Positions 11,857 through 24,228 of a stretch of 64,000 nt of DNA are shown piece after piece (the first letter of the stretch is position 1; the number at the start of each line of letters is the position of its first letter). The notes under the pieces are model-generated. The model searched no databases. It saw only the letters and a program-made list of their open reading frames with translations, and was not told the origin of the DNA. The DNA is from Marsupella aquatica (taxonomy: Eukaryota; Plantae; Marchantiophyta): positions 7,199,078 to 7,263,077 of the forward strand of contig OZ316896.1 of assembly GCA_973895155.1 (NCBI GenBank), read 5' to 3'. A program made the position numbers and the translations under genes.

Positions 11857-14549
11857 TTTTGAGGGCTTGTCGATCCTCGACGTCTCCTCGACGCCCATAG
11901 GTTGAACCGCTCACGCTTGTGGTGTACCGGCCACTCCGCCGGTCTGAGTCAGCGTGTGTCAGTGGCCGCTTCCTTAAGTTCGTTATACGGACCCGAGGGA
12001 GGGGCCCCTCCACGCTCGTAACCCGGGTGTGCGAATAGCGACCCGCCGCCAGCCCGAACCTGAAGTCCCCCTTATTGCCTAATGATGTCCTACCCCTAAT
12101 GATTACCTAAATACTGTCGTTATGCTAATAATAGCGACCTAAGACCCTAAACCCTAATGCGCGTGCCGAGCGCAGTTAGACTGAATCACTCATTAACCGC
12201 CGTACCGGCGGCGTCACACGAGCCAAGCGGACGACTAAGGGAGGCCAACTACTGTCCGTTGCTCAGGCAAGCACTCGGAGTGGAAGCAGATACCGACAAT
12301 CAAATCAAGAAGGGTATGAGCAACGTCAATCAAGCTGCTCATTTTTGGGGATGCTTGTTAGAACGGGCAACTGAGTACATTGGGACCTACAAAGACAAAG
12401 AATTGGAGAGAGCGGCTCGAGAATGGTAGGAGCTCGCTCGACTATGGGAATTGCATAAGTCTGCCTTCTTAGGAGGAGAACTCATTATGGCTGAATTCTT
12501 GTGGACGCCTACTGCCGACAAACTCGCCGATCTTCTGTTTTGTGAGAACATAATAGTTGGCATCCGGGAGGCCATCAACCGCTGCAATGACATACACTGG
12601 GAGTTGAAGGGTAGCACAAAGGGGTGGACAAAGGCAACCGTGCTAGGAGAAACATCCACGGCAGCCGCTATGAAGAGGAAAGGGAATAACAACAAAGAAG
12701 CCACCCCTACGAAAAGAACGAGGTTGGCGGCACCCAGGAAACTAGTAGAGCAGGGAAGCAGGAGGCAGGCGGAAGCCAAAGAGGAGGAGGTCAACCCCAT
12801 CAATGCCGTTCCAACAAGAGATGACACATGGAAAGGCTGGGTGGCGACCCTCCCCGAGGAGGTGCAATTACACTTTGCACGAGAAGAGGATGCATGCTTT
12901 ACGGCTATGCAGACTCGGAAATACCAGGGCTTCATGGCTAGATCCGGCTTGGAAGCCTTCGTAAAGTTACCATGGCTGAAGCCGGAGGTGCCGGATTTGG
13001 ACTTACTAGAATTCGTGGGATCATGGGAGCCCGAGACCAATTCCACAAGGGTGTATGGGAAGGATTTCTATCTCACTCCCCGGGTGATCGCCGAAGTGTT
13101 TGGCTTGCCGATGGGCAATAAGACCAAAGTAGATACCAGGAAGACCTTGCCAGACAAGGAGTTTCGGTTGTTTCTAGGGCCATCAACAAAGAATGGCTTC
13201 TTTCGAAACACCTGCACCAACCGCACATAGGAGAAATGATCGATTTCTTGCGGGTGACCATGCATTGTAACTTGCCGAGGGCAGAGATCGGCAAGGCACA
13301 GGTCTATCTGGCGGAGAGGCCAGACCCAAGCCGAGACTACAACGGGTACCTCCTCACCCAACTAAAGAAGATCTTGAAGAAGGAACAACTGGTGATCGGC
13401 ATGGGAAGCGTGTCCCGGCTTGGTTATCATATGCCACTGTTGTGCCGGTATGCCCGAAGTCAGATATTTGCCTTGATACTGCCCTTGCAGGCAAGAGCAC
13501 CAGAGGAGGTTCCGGAACCGAGGCCGGCAACAGAGAAACCGACCCAGCCCGACAGTCCTACAATCGAGCAGGTGTTTAGGCCGAGGAAGGAGGACTTGCC
13601 GATGCAGCAACCAGGCATGCAAAATCTGCTGAAATTGCTAGCAAATGAAAGGAGAACGGCAACGGCAATGGGACCGGTACAGAATACTGCTCCCAAAGTT
13701 GGCCTTAGCCAACTTACCAGGGAAAACCCCTTTACCGAGATCAAGGAGAGAAGGAGGCCGGAACACGAGCCGGGAGTCTGAATGTATGTAGGAGCTTCAA
13801 GTCCCGAAGCCGAGGAAAAGCAGCCTGAAGCTCCTGGTCACGACAGGGAGAAGATGAGATCAACGTGGAAGCTGAAGGAACCAGGACCCGTGATCTGTGA
13901 GGCCGTGTTCATGGCAAGACCAGGACGGCAGCCGGGGGAGCCGGTAGTCCAAGCCGAGGAGGAGGCGGTAGAAGGCTACGACAATGATGACTCCGTCTAC
14001 GGGTCGGACCATCATTTTCCAGCAATAAGGACCTGTGGCAGGTTCATCCCCACGCTTCCAAGAGTAGTTCGAGGGGACCCGACCCAACAGAGCAACCCCA
14101 AGTCTCCCCCACCAGATGTCGCTCCCCCGAGCTTTGACGGCATAAAATAGACGGCACAGGAGTTTCAAGAATGACTCAGGGAGGAAGAAGAGGCAGCCCC
14201 GGCTAGGGAGAAGGATTTACCAGGAGGAGGATGGCCAGAGGACATCAGGCGGCTTGCAGAAAAATGAAGTAGCCCGCCAGCCACGATAGAAGAAATTTGC
14301 AAGGCGGCTTGGGAACAAAGGCCGCGGTGGATGATGCCGATGACTTGTACTCACTCCGCCTATGCTAAAGAACGAGCCATGGAGTACAAGGAGATGTATG
14401 GGGAACTTGTGCTCGACATCTTTGGGGAGGAGTTAGAGCAGGGACCCTTTTTCCAGAGGGAAATGTTGGAGAAGCGCCGATTAGAAGAAGCGGTGGCTTT
14501 GGAGAGAAGCAAGAAGGACGAGGTCATCCATCGGGGGCAAGGGAAGCTG

Positions 14550-15535
14550 AGGTTTACCTAAAGCTTGGATGACCAGAAGAGTGGTGCCTATCTTCAAGGC
14601 AGGCAACAAGGACGATGTGCACAACTACAAAACCATCATGGTAGGCAATACTTTTGCTAAAGTTTTGGGAGGACTACTTGAAGCCAGATTAAGCTCTTGG
14701 TTGGAGAGTGAGATGAAAAGGGCACCTTCACAAGCAGGTTTTAGGAGAGAATTCAGCACTATGGATCACATTCTCTGCTTGAGGGTGTTGTGTGAAAAGG
14801 CCAAATCTCCACATAAACCATTATTTTGCTTGTTTGTGGACTTCTCCAAGGCCTTTGACAAAGTTTCCCGATCCAAGCTTTGGGATAGGATGGTGGAGTT
14901 GGAAGTGCCTGAAGAGCTCAGGTTGGCTGTTTCTAAATTGTACCAAGAAGTGCGCATCAAACTTTCAAAGGAAACCTCTGAAGAAATCTGGAGCACTCTT
15001 GGGGTGATCCAAGGTTGTCCTCTCTCACCAACTCTCTTTGGCATCTTCATTGATCAGCTACACAACATTTTGGAGGAGCATGGTGGAGTGGGCACTCAAT
15101 TGGGTAGGTTTGTCCTCCAACTTCTTATATTTGCAGATGATGTGGTCCTACTTGCTCATGCTCAAGAAGCTTTGCAAAGACATCTCAATGCCTTGGAGGA
15201 GTTTTGTCAAGCAACAGGGATGGTAGTCAACCTCAAGAAGACCAAGTGTTTGGGCATTGGCACACGACAAAATCCAGAGCTCTACTTCCAAGGGAATCTG
15301 GTGGAATTTGTGAGGACCTACAAATACCTTGGGGTGGAGTTCTCTCAAAACTTGAGTTGGGCCTCATGTGTAAAATCTAGGGCTGCCAATGGGTACAGAG
15401 CTTTTTATGCATTCATGAACAAATGCAAAAGAGCTGGTCTACACACTTGGAGGTTAAGGAAACATCTCTTTGGAGCTTTGGTGAAACCAGTCATTCTTTA
15501 TGGAGCACCAATTTGGGGAGCAGGTGTGTCTAAAT
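14550..15535 (+). mobile_element. LINE copy 2, internal RT fragment
   Basis: Near-identical to 1967-2952; ORF 14569-15540. Confidence 0.93.
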
Positions 15536-16193
15536 GGTAATGGTAATGTATTATAAGCTCCGGGACCATGAAAGTCAAAGGAGCTGCCACAAAAAGTAAA
15601 GTACAATGCAATCAAAGAAAAGAGCAACCAAAAGAGATTGCTCAGAAGAGGACAACTATGTCCTCAAAGAAACTATGGACCTAGAGAGCCCTGAAAGATT
15701 TTCCAAACCTATTCTCCTTTCCCTATCCACCGCAAAGATATATCTTCCAAGTTGCTGAGGGGGCAGACCAAACAATGCATACAAATCTTTCACCAAGATC
15801 TGAGATGCCATCCTAACCCCCTCATAAAACTTGCAAGCAATGAATACATGATATTCATTCTCTATACTAGAGCTATCACATAGTTGACAAACCCTCTTTT
15901 TCCTGTCAATATCCTTCCATCTCCCTTGTTCTACTTCAAGGTGGTGTGAGCTTAGTCTATACTGAGCAATAAGTTGTCTAAGTTGTACTGAGATAGTGCT
16001 AGATAAGTATTCTTGTTCTCGATATTTCTTCATGGGGTTCACATCTCTCATGTAGTATTGCTGCCGTGGGCTAGGTTCATGCCAAAGTTTGTGCAAAGCC
16101 TTTTGCTCAAGTTTTGCTCTTAGCTTGGTTGGGTGTGTTGGCCATTCATGTTCAGGAAAATCCCAAGCATGGGCCCACCTGCACACATCTGCA
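15536..16193 (-). mobile_element. LINE copy 3, 3' end with (GGTAAT)n tail
   Basis: Reverse complement of ~3177-3835; ORF 15656-16210. Confidence 0.93.
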
Positions 16194-18335
16194 AAACTAG
16201 GAGAACCCAAAACTAGGAGAACACCGAATCGATCTCATGTTAGGGGCCAAATCATTTCGACAACCGATTCGAAGGATGAACCCTAAGTATTCTCTGATGG
16301 TCAAGGTTGAAATCGATAAACTAGTGGAAGCCGGATTCATCACTCCAGTCCTGCATTCAGACTGGGTGTTTCCAATTGTGATAGTTCCCAAGAAAGCTGG
16401 ACCCGATGGTAAACCAAAGATCCGGGTTTGTCAGGATTAGAGGAAGTTGAATGAGGCTACGTTAAAAGACCATTTTCCCTTACCCTTTACTGATATGGTA
16501 CTAGACATGGTGGCCAGTCATGAACTATACTCATTCATGGATGGATACTCTGGTTATAACCAAATCAGGATTAGGCAGGAGGATCAAATCAAGACAGCCT
16601 TCATCACGGAATGGGGGATCTATGTCTTCAATCGTATGCCGTTTGGACTCTGTAACGCACCAGCTACGTTCCAACGATTAATGGTGAACATTTTTCATGA
16701 CTACTTGAGAAAATTCATGGAAATCTTCATTGATGACTTTGCAGTATTTGGGAAGACATCGAAACATGCTAAATACCTCAGGAAAACCTTCATGAGATGC
16801 AGAGAGGTAGGCCTCAAGTTACACCCAGATAAATGTTTCTTTGGCGTAACAGAGGGTGTGCTACTAGGTCACAAGGTATCAAAAAAGGGCATTGAAATTG
16901 ATAAGGGTAAACTAGCAGTGTGGCTAGATATCATGCAACCTAAGAACATAAAGGATGTGAGATCCTTCTTGGGTTGCATTGGTTATTATCGCCGGTTCAT
17001 CAAGGATTTTGCCAAGCTAGCTTTACCATTAACCAACATGCTCAAGGCAGGTGCAGACTTTGAACCCACACCAGAACGAGTGACAGCGGTGGTGGAATTG
17101 AAGCAGATGTTAGTAGAGGCCCCAGTCATGATAGCACCAGACTGGAACAAGGATTTTTATGTCTTTGTAGATGTCTCAGGCTTCTGTATCGGCTCAGTAC
17201 TAAGTCAGTTAGATGAGAAAGGAAGGGACCATCCTATATACTTTGCAAGCCGCCAGCTTGCCGATGCCGAACGAAACTACTCCACCACAGAAAAAGAAGC
17301 ATTAGGAGTCATTTATTCATGTAAAAATTTTAGGCATTATCTGCTAGGGTACAAGGTAATCTTTCATACTGATCATGAAAGTTTAAAGTACCTAGTAAAT
17401 AAGCCGGACCTTACAGGCAGGGTAGCAAGATGGATTTTACTATTACAGGAGTTTGACTACGAGCTAAAAATCAAGCCGGGAAAGCTACACGCCAATGCCG
17501 ACTTCTTTTCAAGGATCACAGGTGAACCTGCCACGGATTGCGTCGACGATCGATTTCCCGACGAGGAGCTATTTGTTGTGGAAATAGCTGATACATGGTA
17601 CCCTGAGATTTTACAATTTCTCAGCACTTCCAGATTACAACCCGGGCTAAGCCGAGAGCAAGTCGTAGTCTTTTTGCGGAAGGTCAGACAGTATCAGTGC
17701 ATCAAGGGCGTGCTACACAGGCATGGAATCAGCGGCACAATTCAAAGGTGTTTGGAGGAGGGAGAGGTAAAACGAGTCTTACGAGCTATGCATGGGGAGG
17801 AGGCCGGGGACATTTTGCTCTAGTAACCACTTCTAAAAAGATATTAAATGCCGGTTACTAGTGGCCCACCTTGCACAAAGATGTCTATAAGTTTATCAAA
17901 CAATGCGATCCTTGTCAACGAGCAAGAGGACCAAGGGCGTCCACAAGACATCCACTGCACCCTATTCTACCTCTGGCACCATTTGAGAAGTGGGGTATTG
18001 ATTACATCGGACCCCTGAAACCATTGACCCATCCTCGAAGAAACAAGTACATAATCTTGGCCACGGATTATGCAACTAAGTGGGTAGAGGCCAGGCCGAC
18101 AATGAAGGATGATGCAATTACTATGGCTTGATTAATGTATGAGCAGATCTTCACCAAGTATGGCGCACCCTTAGAATTAGTTAGTGATAGAGGAACCCAT
18201 TTTTTGAATGATATAATTAGTCGTTTAAATGAGCAGTATTTAGTTAGACATAGGCCTACTACTCCCTACCACCCAAAGGCAAACGGATTGACAGAACGAG
18301 CCAATGGAATTATAGGAAAAATATTAAACAAAACT

Positions 18336-18364
18336 GGTAATGGTAATGGTAATGTATTATAAGC
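18336..18364 (-). mobile_element. Ultra-short (~29 bp) LINE 3'-end insertion in the B2 integrase
   Basis: ggtaatggtaatggtaatgtattataagc equals the LINE tail plus the end of the 3' UTR; absent from the matching B1 site at ~7350. Confidence 0.85.
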
Positions 18365-18902
18365 CCAGAACAAACTTGATTGGGATGATAAATTGTTTGC
18401 TGCTGTTTTTGCTTACAATTTAGCCTATAAATCCACTACCGGTCATACACCTTTTTTCTTAACCTTTGGACAGGAAGCTCTGGTACCCATGCAACTTGAG
18501 ATCCCTACATTTCAAGTTACAATTAAGGAGAGAGCCTCAAAGGAGGAAAGCCTAAAGGAGCGAGAATATAGGTTAGAAGCTTTAGAGGAGGCAATAATGA
18601 TTTCAGCCGAGAGAGTAGAATATAGACAGAATACCATGAAGCAGCGGTATGATAAAAGGTTGAAACTAGTTAGTATTCACACAGGAGATCTTGTATTACT
18701 TTATGACAGTAGGTATAGTAGGTTTCCGGGGAAACTTTACACTCGCTGGTTAGGACCTTTCAGGGTATCAATGAAGTTCTCTAATGGCTCTGTGCAGTTG
18801 GCCAACATAACTGGAGAGGTGTACCCAGTTTGCATCCATTACGACCGCCTCAAGAAATACTATATGGACGAAGATGAAGTTGTTCGCGAGGACACTTCAC
18901 AA

Positions 18903-18917
18903 TTAAGTGGGGGGCTA
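18903..18917 (+). other. Polypurine tract of B2
   Basis: ttaagtggggggcta before TGTGATGCC. Confidence 0.85.
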
Positions 18918-19027
18918 TGTGATGCCTAGCCAAGAATCACTAGGCCGGTTTACATGGTAAAAGCAGGAGTGTACCCTGGAAACACCTTAGTATAGTAACA
19001 AGACAAGGAAAATATAAACAATTAAGG

Positions 19028-22000
19028 ATGACTATGGAACCCGGGCCGAGGCCGGAAGTAAGGACGTTGGGGGAGAGAACACGATTAGGGTTAGGGCGCG
19101 CTAAGCGTCGGCGGCTAGGGGTGACCAACGGGAGGGAAGACCAGAGGAGGAGAGGGGTAAGGACCACTCGCGAGGAATGGTGGCTCATTTGCAAGCACGA
19201 ACTGGGCAGACGACTACGGGAGGCCAAATACTGTCAGCTGCTTAGGCAAGCACTCTGGGTGAGAACAGATACCAATGATCGAGTCAAGGAGGGTATGAGC
19301 AACGTCAATCAAGCGGCACATTTTTGGGGATGCCTATTCGAACGGGCAACTGAGTACATTGGGACTTACGAGGACGAAGAATCAGAGAGAGCAGCTCGAG
19401 AACGGCAAGAGCTTGCTCGACTGTGGGAGCTGCAGAAGTCTCCCTTCTTAGGAGGAGAACTCATCAAGGCCGAGTTCTTGTGGACTCCTACTGCCAATCA
19501 GCTCGATGACCTTCTGTTTTGCGAAGACAGAATCGTCGGCATTCGGGAAGCCATCAACCGCTGCAACGACGCGCACTGGGAGTTGAAGGGTAGCACGGAA
19601 GGGTGGACAAAGGCAACTGTGCTAGGAGAAACATCCACAGCAGCCGAGATGAAGAGGAAAGGAAACAACAATGAAGAGGCCACCCCGGCAAAAAGAACGA
19701 GGTTGGCTGCACCAAGGAAACCAGTAGAGCAGCAAAACAGGAGGCAGGGAGAAGCCGAAGAGGAGGAGGTCGATCCCATCAATGCCATTCCAACAAATGA
19801 TGACACGTGGAAAGGCTGGGCGGCGACCCTACCAGAGGAAGTGCAATTACATTTTGCACGGGAGGAGGATGCATGCTTTACGGCCATGCAGACCAAGAAG
19901 TACCAGGGCTTCATGGCCGGATCCGACTTGGAAACCTTTGTAAGATTACCATGGCTGAAGCCGGAGGTGCCGGACTCAGACTTATTAGAATTTGTGGGAT
20001 CATGGGAACCCGAGACCAATTCCACGAGGGTGTATGGGAAGGATTTCTATCTCACTCCCCGGGTGATTGCCGAGGTGTTTGGCTTGCCAATGGGTAATAA
20101 GACCAAGGTTGATACCAGGAAGACCTTACCTGACAAGGAGTTCTGGTCGTTCCCAGGACCATCAACAAAGAATGGCTTCTTCCGGAACACTTGCACCAAC
20201 CCGCACATCGGAGAGATGATTGATTTCTTGCGGGTGACCATGCATTGTAACTTGCCGAGGGCAGAGATCGGCAAGGCTCAGGTCTACCTGGCAGAAAGGC
20301 CAGACCCAAGCCGGGATTACAACGGGTACCTCCTCAACCAACTAAAGAAGATCTTGAAGGAGGAACAGCAGGTGATCGGCGTGGGAAGCGTGTCCCAGCT
20401 TGGCTATCACATGCCGCTGTTGTGCCGGTATGCCAGAAGTCAAATCTTTGCCCCAGTACTTCCCCTATCGGCAAGGGCACCGGAGGAAGTTTCGGAGCAG
20501 AGGCCGGCAACAGAAGAGCCCAACCATCCTGTCAGTCCTACGATCGAGCAGGTGTTTCGGCCAAGGAAAGAAGACTTGCCGATGCAGCAATCAGGCATGC
20601 AAAATCTGCTGAAAATAATGGAGAAGGAGAGAACGGCACCAGCAACGGCAACAACACCGGTACAGGACACTGCCCCAGAGGCCGGCCTAAGCCAACTCAG
20701 GAGGGAAAACCCCTTTACCAGAGCCAAGGAGAGAAGTAGGCCGGAACACAAGTCGGGAGTGCGAATGTATGTGGGAGCCTCAAGCCCCAAATCGGAGGCA
20801 GAGCAGCCTAAGGCTCCTTCTCACAGAGAGCAGAGGGAGAGGATAGCCTGGAACCGAGAGAAGGAACAAGGGCCCGTGATCTGTGAGGCCGTTTTCACGG
20901 CAGGACCAGGGGAACAGAGGGGGAAGTCGGGAGTCCAAGCAGTGGAGGAGGCGATGGAGGACTACAACAATGATAACTCCGGCTATGGGTTGGATCATCA
21001 TGTTCCAGGAGTAAGGACCTGTGGCCGATTTATCCCCACGCTTCCAAGAGTAGTTTGAGGGGACCCCACCCAGCAGAGTAGCCCCGAGTCTCCCCCACCA
21101 GAGGTTGCTCCCCCGAGCTTTGACGGCATAAAGCAGACGGCACAAGAATTTCAGGAGCAACTTAGGGAGGAAGAGAAAGCAGCCCTGGCTAGGGAGAAAG
21201 ATTTACCAGGAGGAGATTGGCCGGAGGACATCAGGCGGCTTGCCAAAAAAAGAAGCAACCCTCTTGCCACCGTAGAAGAAATCCGCAAGGCGGCTTGGGA
21301 ATAGAGGCCGAGGTGGTTGTTGCCGATGACTTCTACTTACTCCACCTATGCTAAAGATAGAGCCATGGAGTACGGGGAGATGTGTGGGGACCTGGCACTC
21401 AGCATCTTTGGGGAGGAGTTGGAGCAGGGACCTTTCTTCCAGAGGGAGAGGTTGGAGAAGCACCGATTAGAAGAAGCGGTGGCTTTGGAGAGAAGCAAGA
21501 AGGACGAGGTCATCCGACGGCTTAGGGAGAAGGAAGCCGAGGTGGAAGTCCTGCAGGCAGCCAAGAAAGCCCAAGATGAGCTGCGGATTAAGCGGCATGA
21601 GCTAAACATCATGCAGGGGTAGTTGGATACCGCTCAGTCTGACAATCATATCAAAGATAAACTGACTCGGACCCAAGGAGAGTTGGCCTGCGCAGTCAAG
21701 GAAAGAGAGAAATGGAAGCGGGAGCTAAGGGACGCAGAGGAGGCCCACTTAACCGCCAACAACCATGCCATGGCGGAGACTCAGAGAAGGGAGAGGGCGT
21801 TGAAAGGAGAGCTCGAAGATATCCACGGAGCCCTTGAGCAGAAGGAAGCAGAGTTAGGGAAATCCTATCAAGGGATTATTGCGCTGCAGCAGGAGCTTGC
21901 GTCCCTGACGGCCAGCTTCAAGGCCGACCTGCGTGAAAAGGACGACCAGCTCGACCAGACTTATGCCAAGATGAATAAGATGGAGTCTGTGGTCGTAGCA

Positions 22001-22717
22001 GAGCTGGACAAGGAGCTAAGAGCAACCCAGGAGGAGAGGGCTACCTTAAAGAAAGAATTGGAGGAAGCCAAAAAGGAGCTGGAGGAGGCGCGCAAGGACC
22101 TGGACAAGACCCAGGAGGAGTTGGAGGAAATTACGAGGAAGATGGAGAACCTACAGCGGCGGGCCGACAACCAAACAGAGCGGCTGAAGAAACAAGCCGC
22201 AATATTTAAATGCTTGGCTTCATCAGGTCCAACTCCAATTGGGGCAACCCAGTTACGAGGGGTAGTATTGGCCAAAGGACAAGCCGAGACACTCACCCCG
22301 GTGCCGGAGGTAAGTGGCAAGGGGAAGGAACTGGCTGTCGAAATAGGGAAGAAGAAGAAGCGGAAACCTTCTAGGTCTGGGAGTTATACGGCTTCTCAAG
22401 CCATTATGACCGAGAAGATAAACCCGGCACCAACCTCCGGCATCGGCACGGCGGTGGATCCACCAGTCCTAGTAAGTGGGGATGGCAAGGCCGAGGCCGG
22501 GACAACCAGTAATGAAGCCGAGGTACCAGATCCTCCACTAGAACATGCCGGGGAGGCCGTGGCCGATGCTCAGGCCGAAGCCGAGGGTGGACCCAGTCAG
22601 GCCAATGAAGAGTTGACTCGGTCCGGGGCAGGTAATCTGTCAGAGGATGGACCAACGACAGTGGTTGCGGAGGAAGCGTTGGGAGTGTCCATTGAGGACC
22701 AGCCACCGGGGTCGTGA
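19028..22717 (+). pseudogene. Family B LTR-encoded protein (~1140 aa from MSNVN at 19295), three in-frame stops
   Basis: ORFs 19028-21058, 21317-21622 and 21623-22717 are all in one frame; heptad coiled coil in the C-terminal half. Confidence 0.88.
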
Positions 22718-23203
22718 CGGTGTAAGGGAGCCGTCCCTTTTAGGGAGGGCGGACGTGGAGGTAGGAGGCGTGAGTGGGCAGGGCGGACGCTAATCTCCAA
22801 GTTTAGACTAAGGATCAGGACCAGGAGACGGCCCTGACACTTAGATTAGTGGGATTGCGGATCCATGAGTGAGGGCAACACTTGTGCTCCTGCCTTGCTG
22901 TACATAGGTAGATTACAGTTAGGTAGATTATAGTAAGTAGATTAGGCTTACGCTGCAAGGAATCAGGCGGATCCACAACCAGGTTAAGTACCTGGGCTAC
23001 GGGGAGTTCAGGGCCTCTTCTTTAAACAAGTTTTTAGTTGCACCAGCAGGGCTGGGATCAAGTAGTAAGAGAAGCTCTCGGTTAGTTATACAGTGACCCT
23101 TGTGTATATTCATGTTTCCTCATGCCTAAGAATTGAATAGAGTTGGCCTCACTGCTTAGTTCGCAAAGCTTGTGTATGGGATGTACTGTTTGTATGGCAA
23201 GTG

Positions 23204-24228
23204 GTAATGGTAATGGTAATGGTAATGTATTATAAGCTTCGGGACCATGAAAGTCAAAGGAGCTGCCACAAAAAGTAAAGTACAATGCAATCAAAGAAAA
23301 GAGCAACCAAAAGAGATTGCTCAGAAGAGGACAACTATGTCCTCAAAGAAACTATGGACCTAGAGAGCAATGAAAGATTTTCCAAACCTATTCTCCTTTC
23401 CCTATCCACCGCAAAGATATATCTTCCAAGTTGCTGAGGGGGCAGACCAAACAATGCATACAAATCTTTCACCAAGATTTGAGATGCCATCCTAACCCCC
23501 TCATAAAACTTGCAAGCAATGAATACATGATATTCATTCTCGATACTAGAGCTATCACATAGTTGACAAACCCTCTTTTTCCTGTCAATATCCTTCCATC
23601 TCCCTTGTTCTACTTCAAGGTGGTGTGAGCTTAGTCTATATTGCAATAAGTTGTCTAAGTTGTACTGAGATAGTGCTAGATAAGTATTCTTGTTATCGAT
23701 ATTTCTTCATGGGGTTCACATCTCTCATGTAGTATTGTTGCCGTGGGCTAGGTTCATGCCAAATTTTGTGCAAAGCCTTTTGCTCAAGTTTTTCTCTTAG
23801 CTTGGTTGAGTGTGTTGGCCATTCATGTTCAGGAAAATCCCAAGCATGGGCCCACCTGCACACATCTGCATACCACCCTTTAGCTGAAGATGAGCGCAAG
23901 GCATGAAAAGGAAATCTGTTTTCCTCCAACTCTCTTACACGCATGATGTATTTGAGTGTGTGGAAGAGTGCCTCCACCTCCAAAGGAAACAAGCCTGCCT
24001 CTGCAAGTGTAAGTGTATATGGGGTTTGTGACTTGATCCCAAACTCCATCTCAAGAAATAGCTTTTGCAGCCCCTCAATCTGTTGCCACCCAGATTTAGA
24101 CACACCTGCTCCCCAAATTGGTGCTCCATAAAGAATGACTGGTTTCACCAAAGCTCCAAAGAGATGTTTCCTTAACCTCCAAGTGTGTAGACCAGCTCTT
24201 TTGCATTTGTTCATGAATGCATAAAAAG
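23204..24228 (-). mobile_element. LINE copy 4, 5'-truncated, inserted in the B2 LTR
   Basis: (GGTAAT)n tail at 23203-23226, TSD aagtg (23199-23203 and 24226-24230), empty site visible in the solo LTR at ~42310. Confidence 0.93.

Larger units (their letters stand above)
8195..12218 (-). mobile_element. Family C ~4.0-kb gene-containing solo LTR, copy C1
   Basis: Ends TGTCACGTCG...CGGCGTCACA, perfect TSD cgagc (8190-8194 and 12219-12223), no internal terminal repeats or RT, second copy at 32146-36144. Confidence 0.85.
7908..14549 (+). repeat. B1 3' LTR, 3'-truncated, interrupted by solo LTR C1; contains the degenerate LTR ORF at 12316-14549
   Basis: Starts TGTGATGCCTAG after the PPT; colinear with 18918-21545 once 8195-12218 is removed. 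Confidence 0.88.
16208..18929 (+). pseudogene. Copy B2 pol (RT-RNaseH-integrase) with stops and a frameshift
   Basis: SFMDGYSGYNQ, FIDD, DVSG RNase H, integrase CDPC, WGIDY, SDRGTHF, NGLTER and WLGPF. Confidence 0.93.

Noticed and set aside
8195-12218. Family C as a TRIM/LARD or TIR DNA transposon
   Set aside because: No terminal direct repeats, no PBS/PPT noticed inside, no transposase; short TG..CA inverted ends with 5-bp TSD fit an LTR.
14550-16193. Classic twin-priming inversion
   Set aside because: The tail is internal rather than terminal, and the flanks share no TSD.
19028-22717. LTR ORF as an env gene or host SMC/myosin gene
   Set aside because: No signal peptide or transmembrane segment seen; coiled-coil likeness is generic; the ORF moves with TSD-flanked LTRs.
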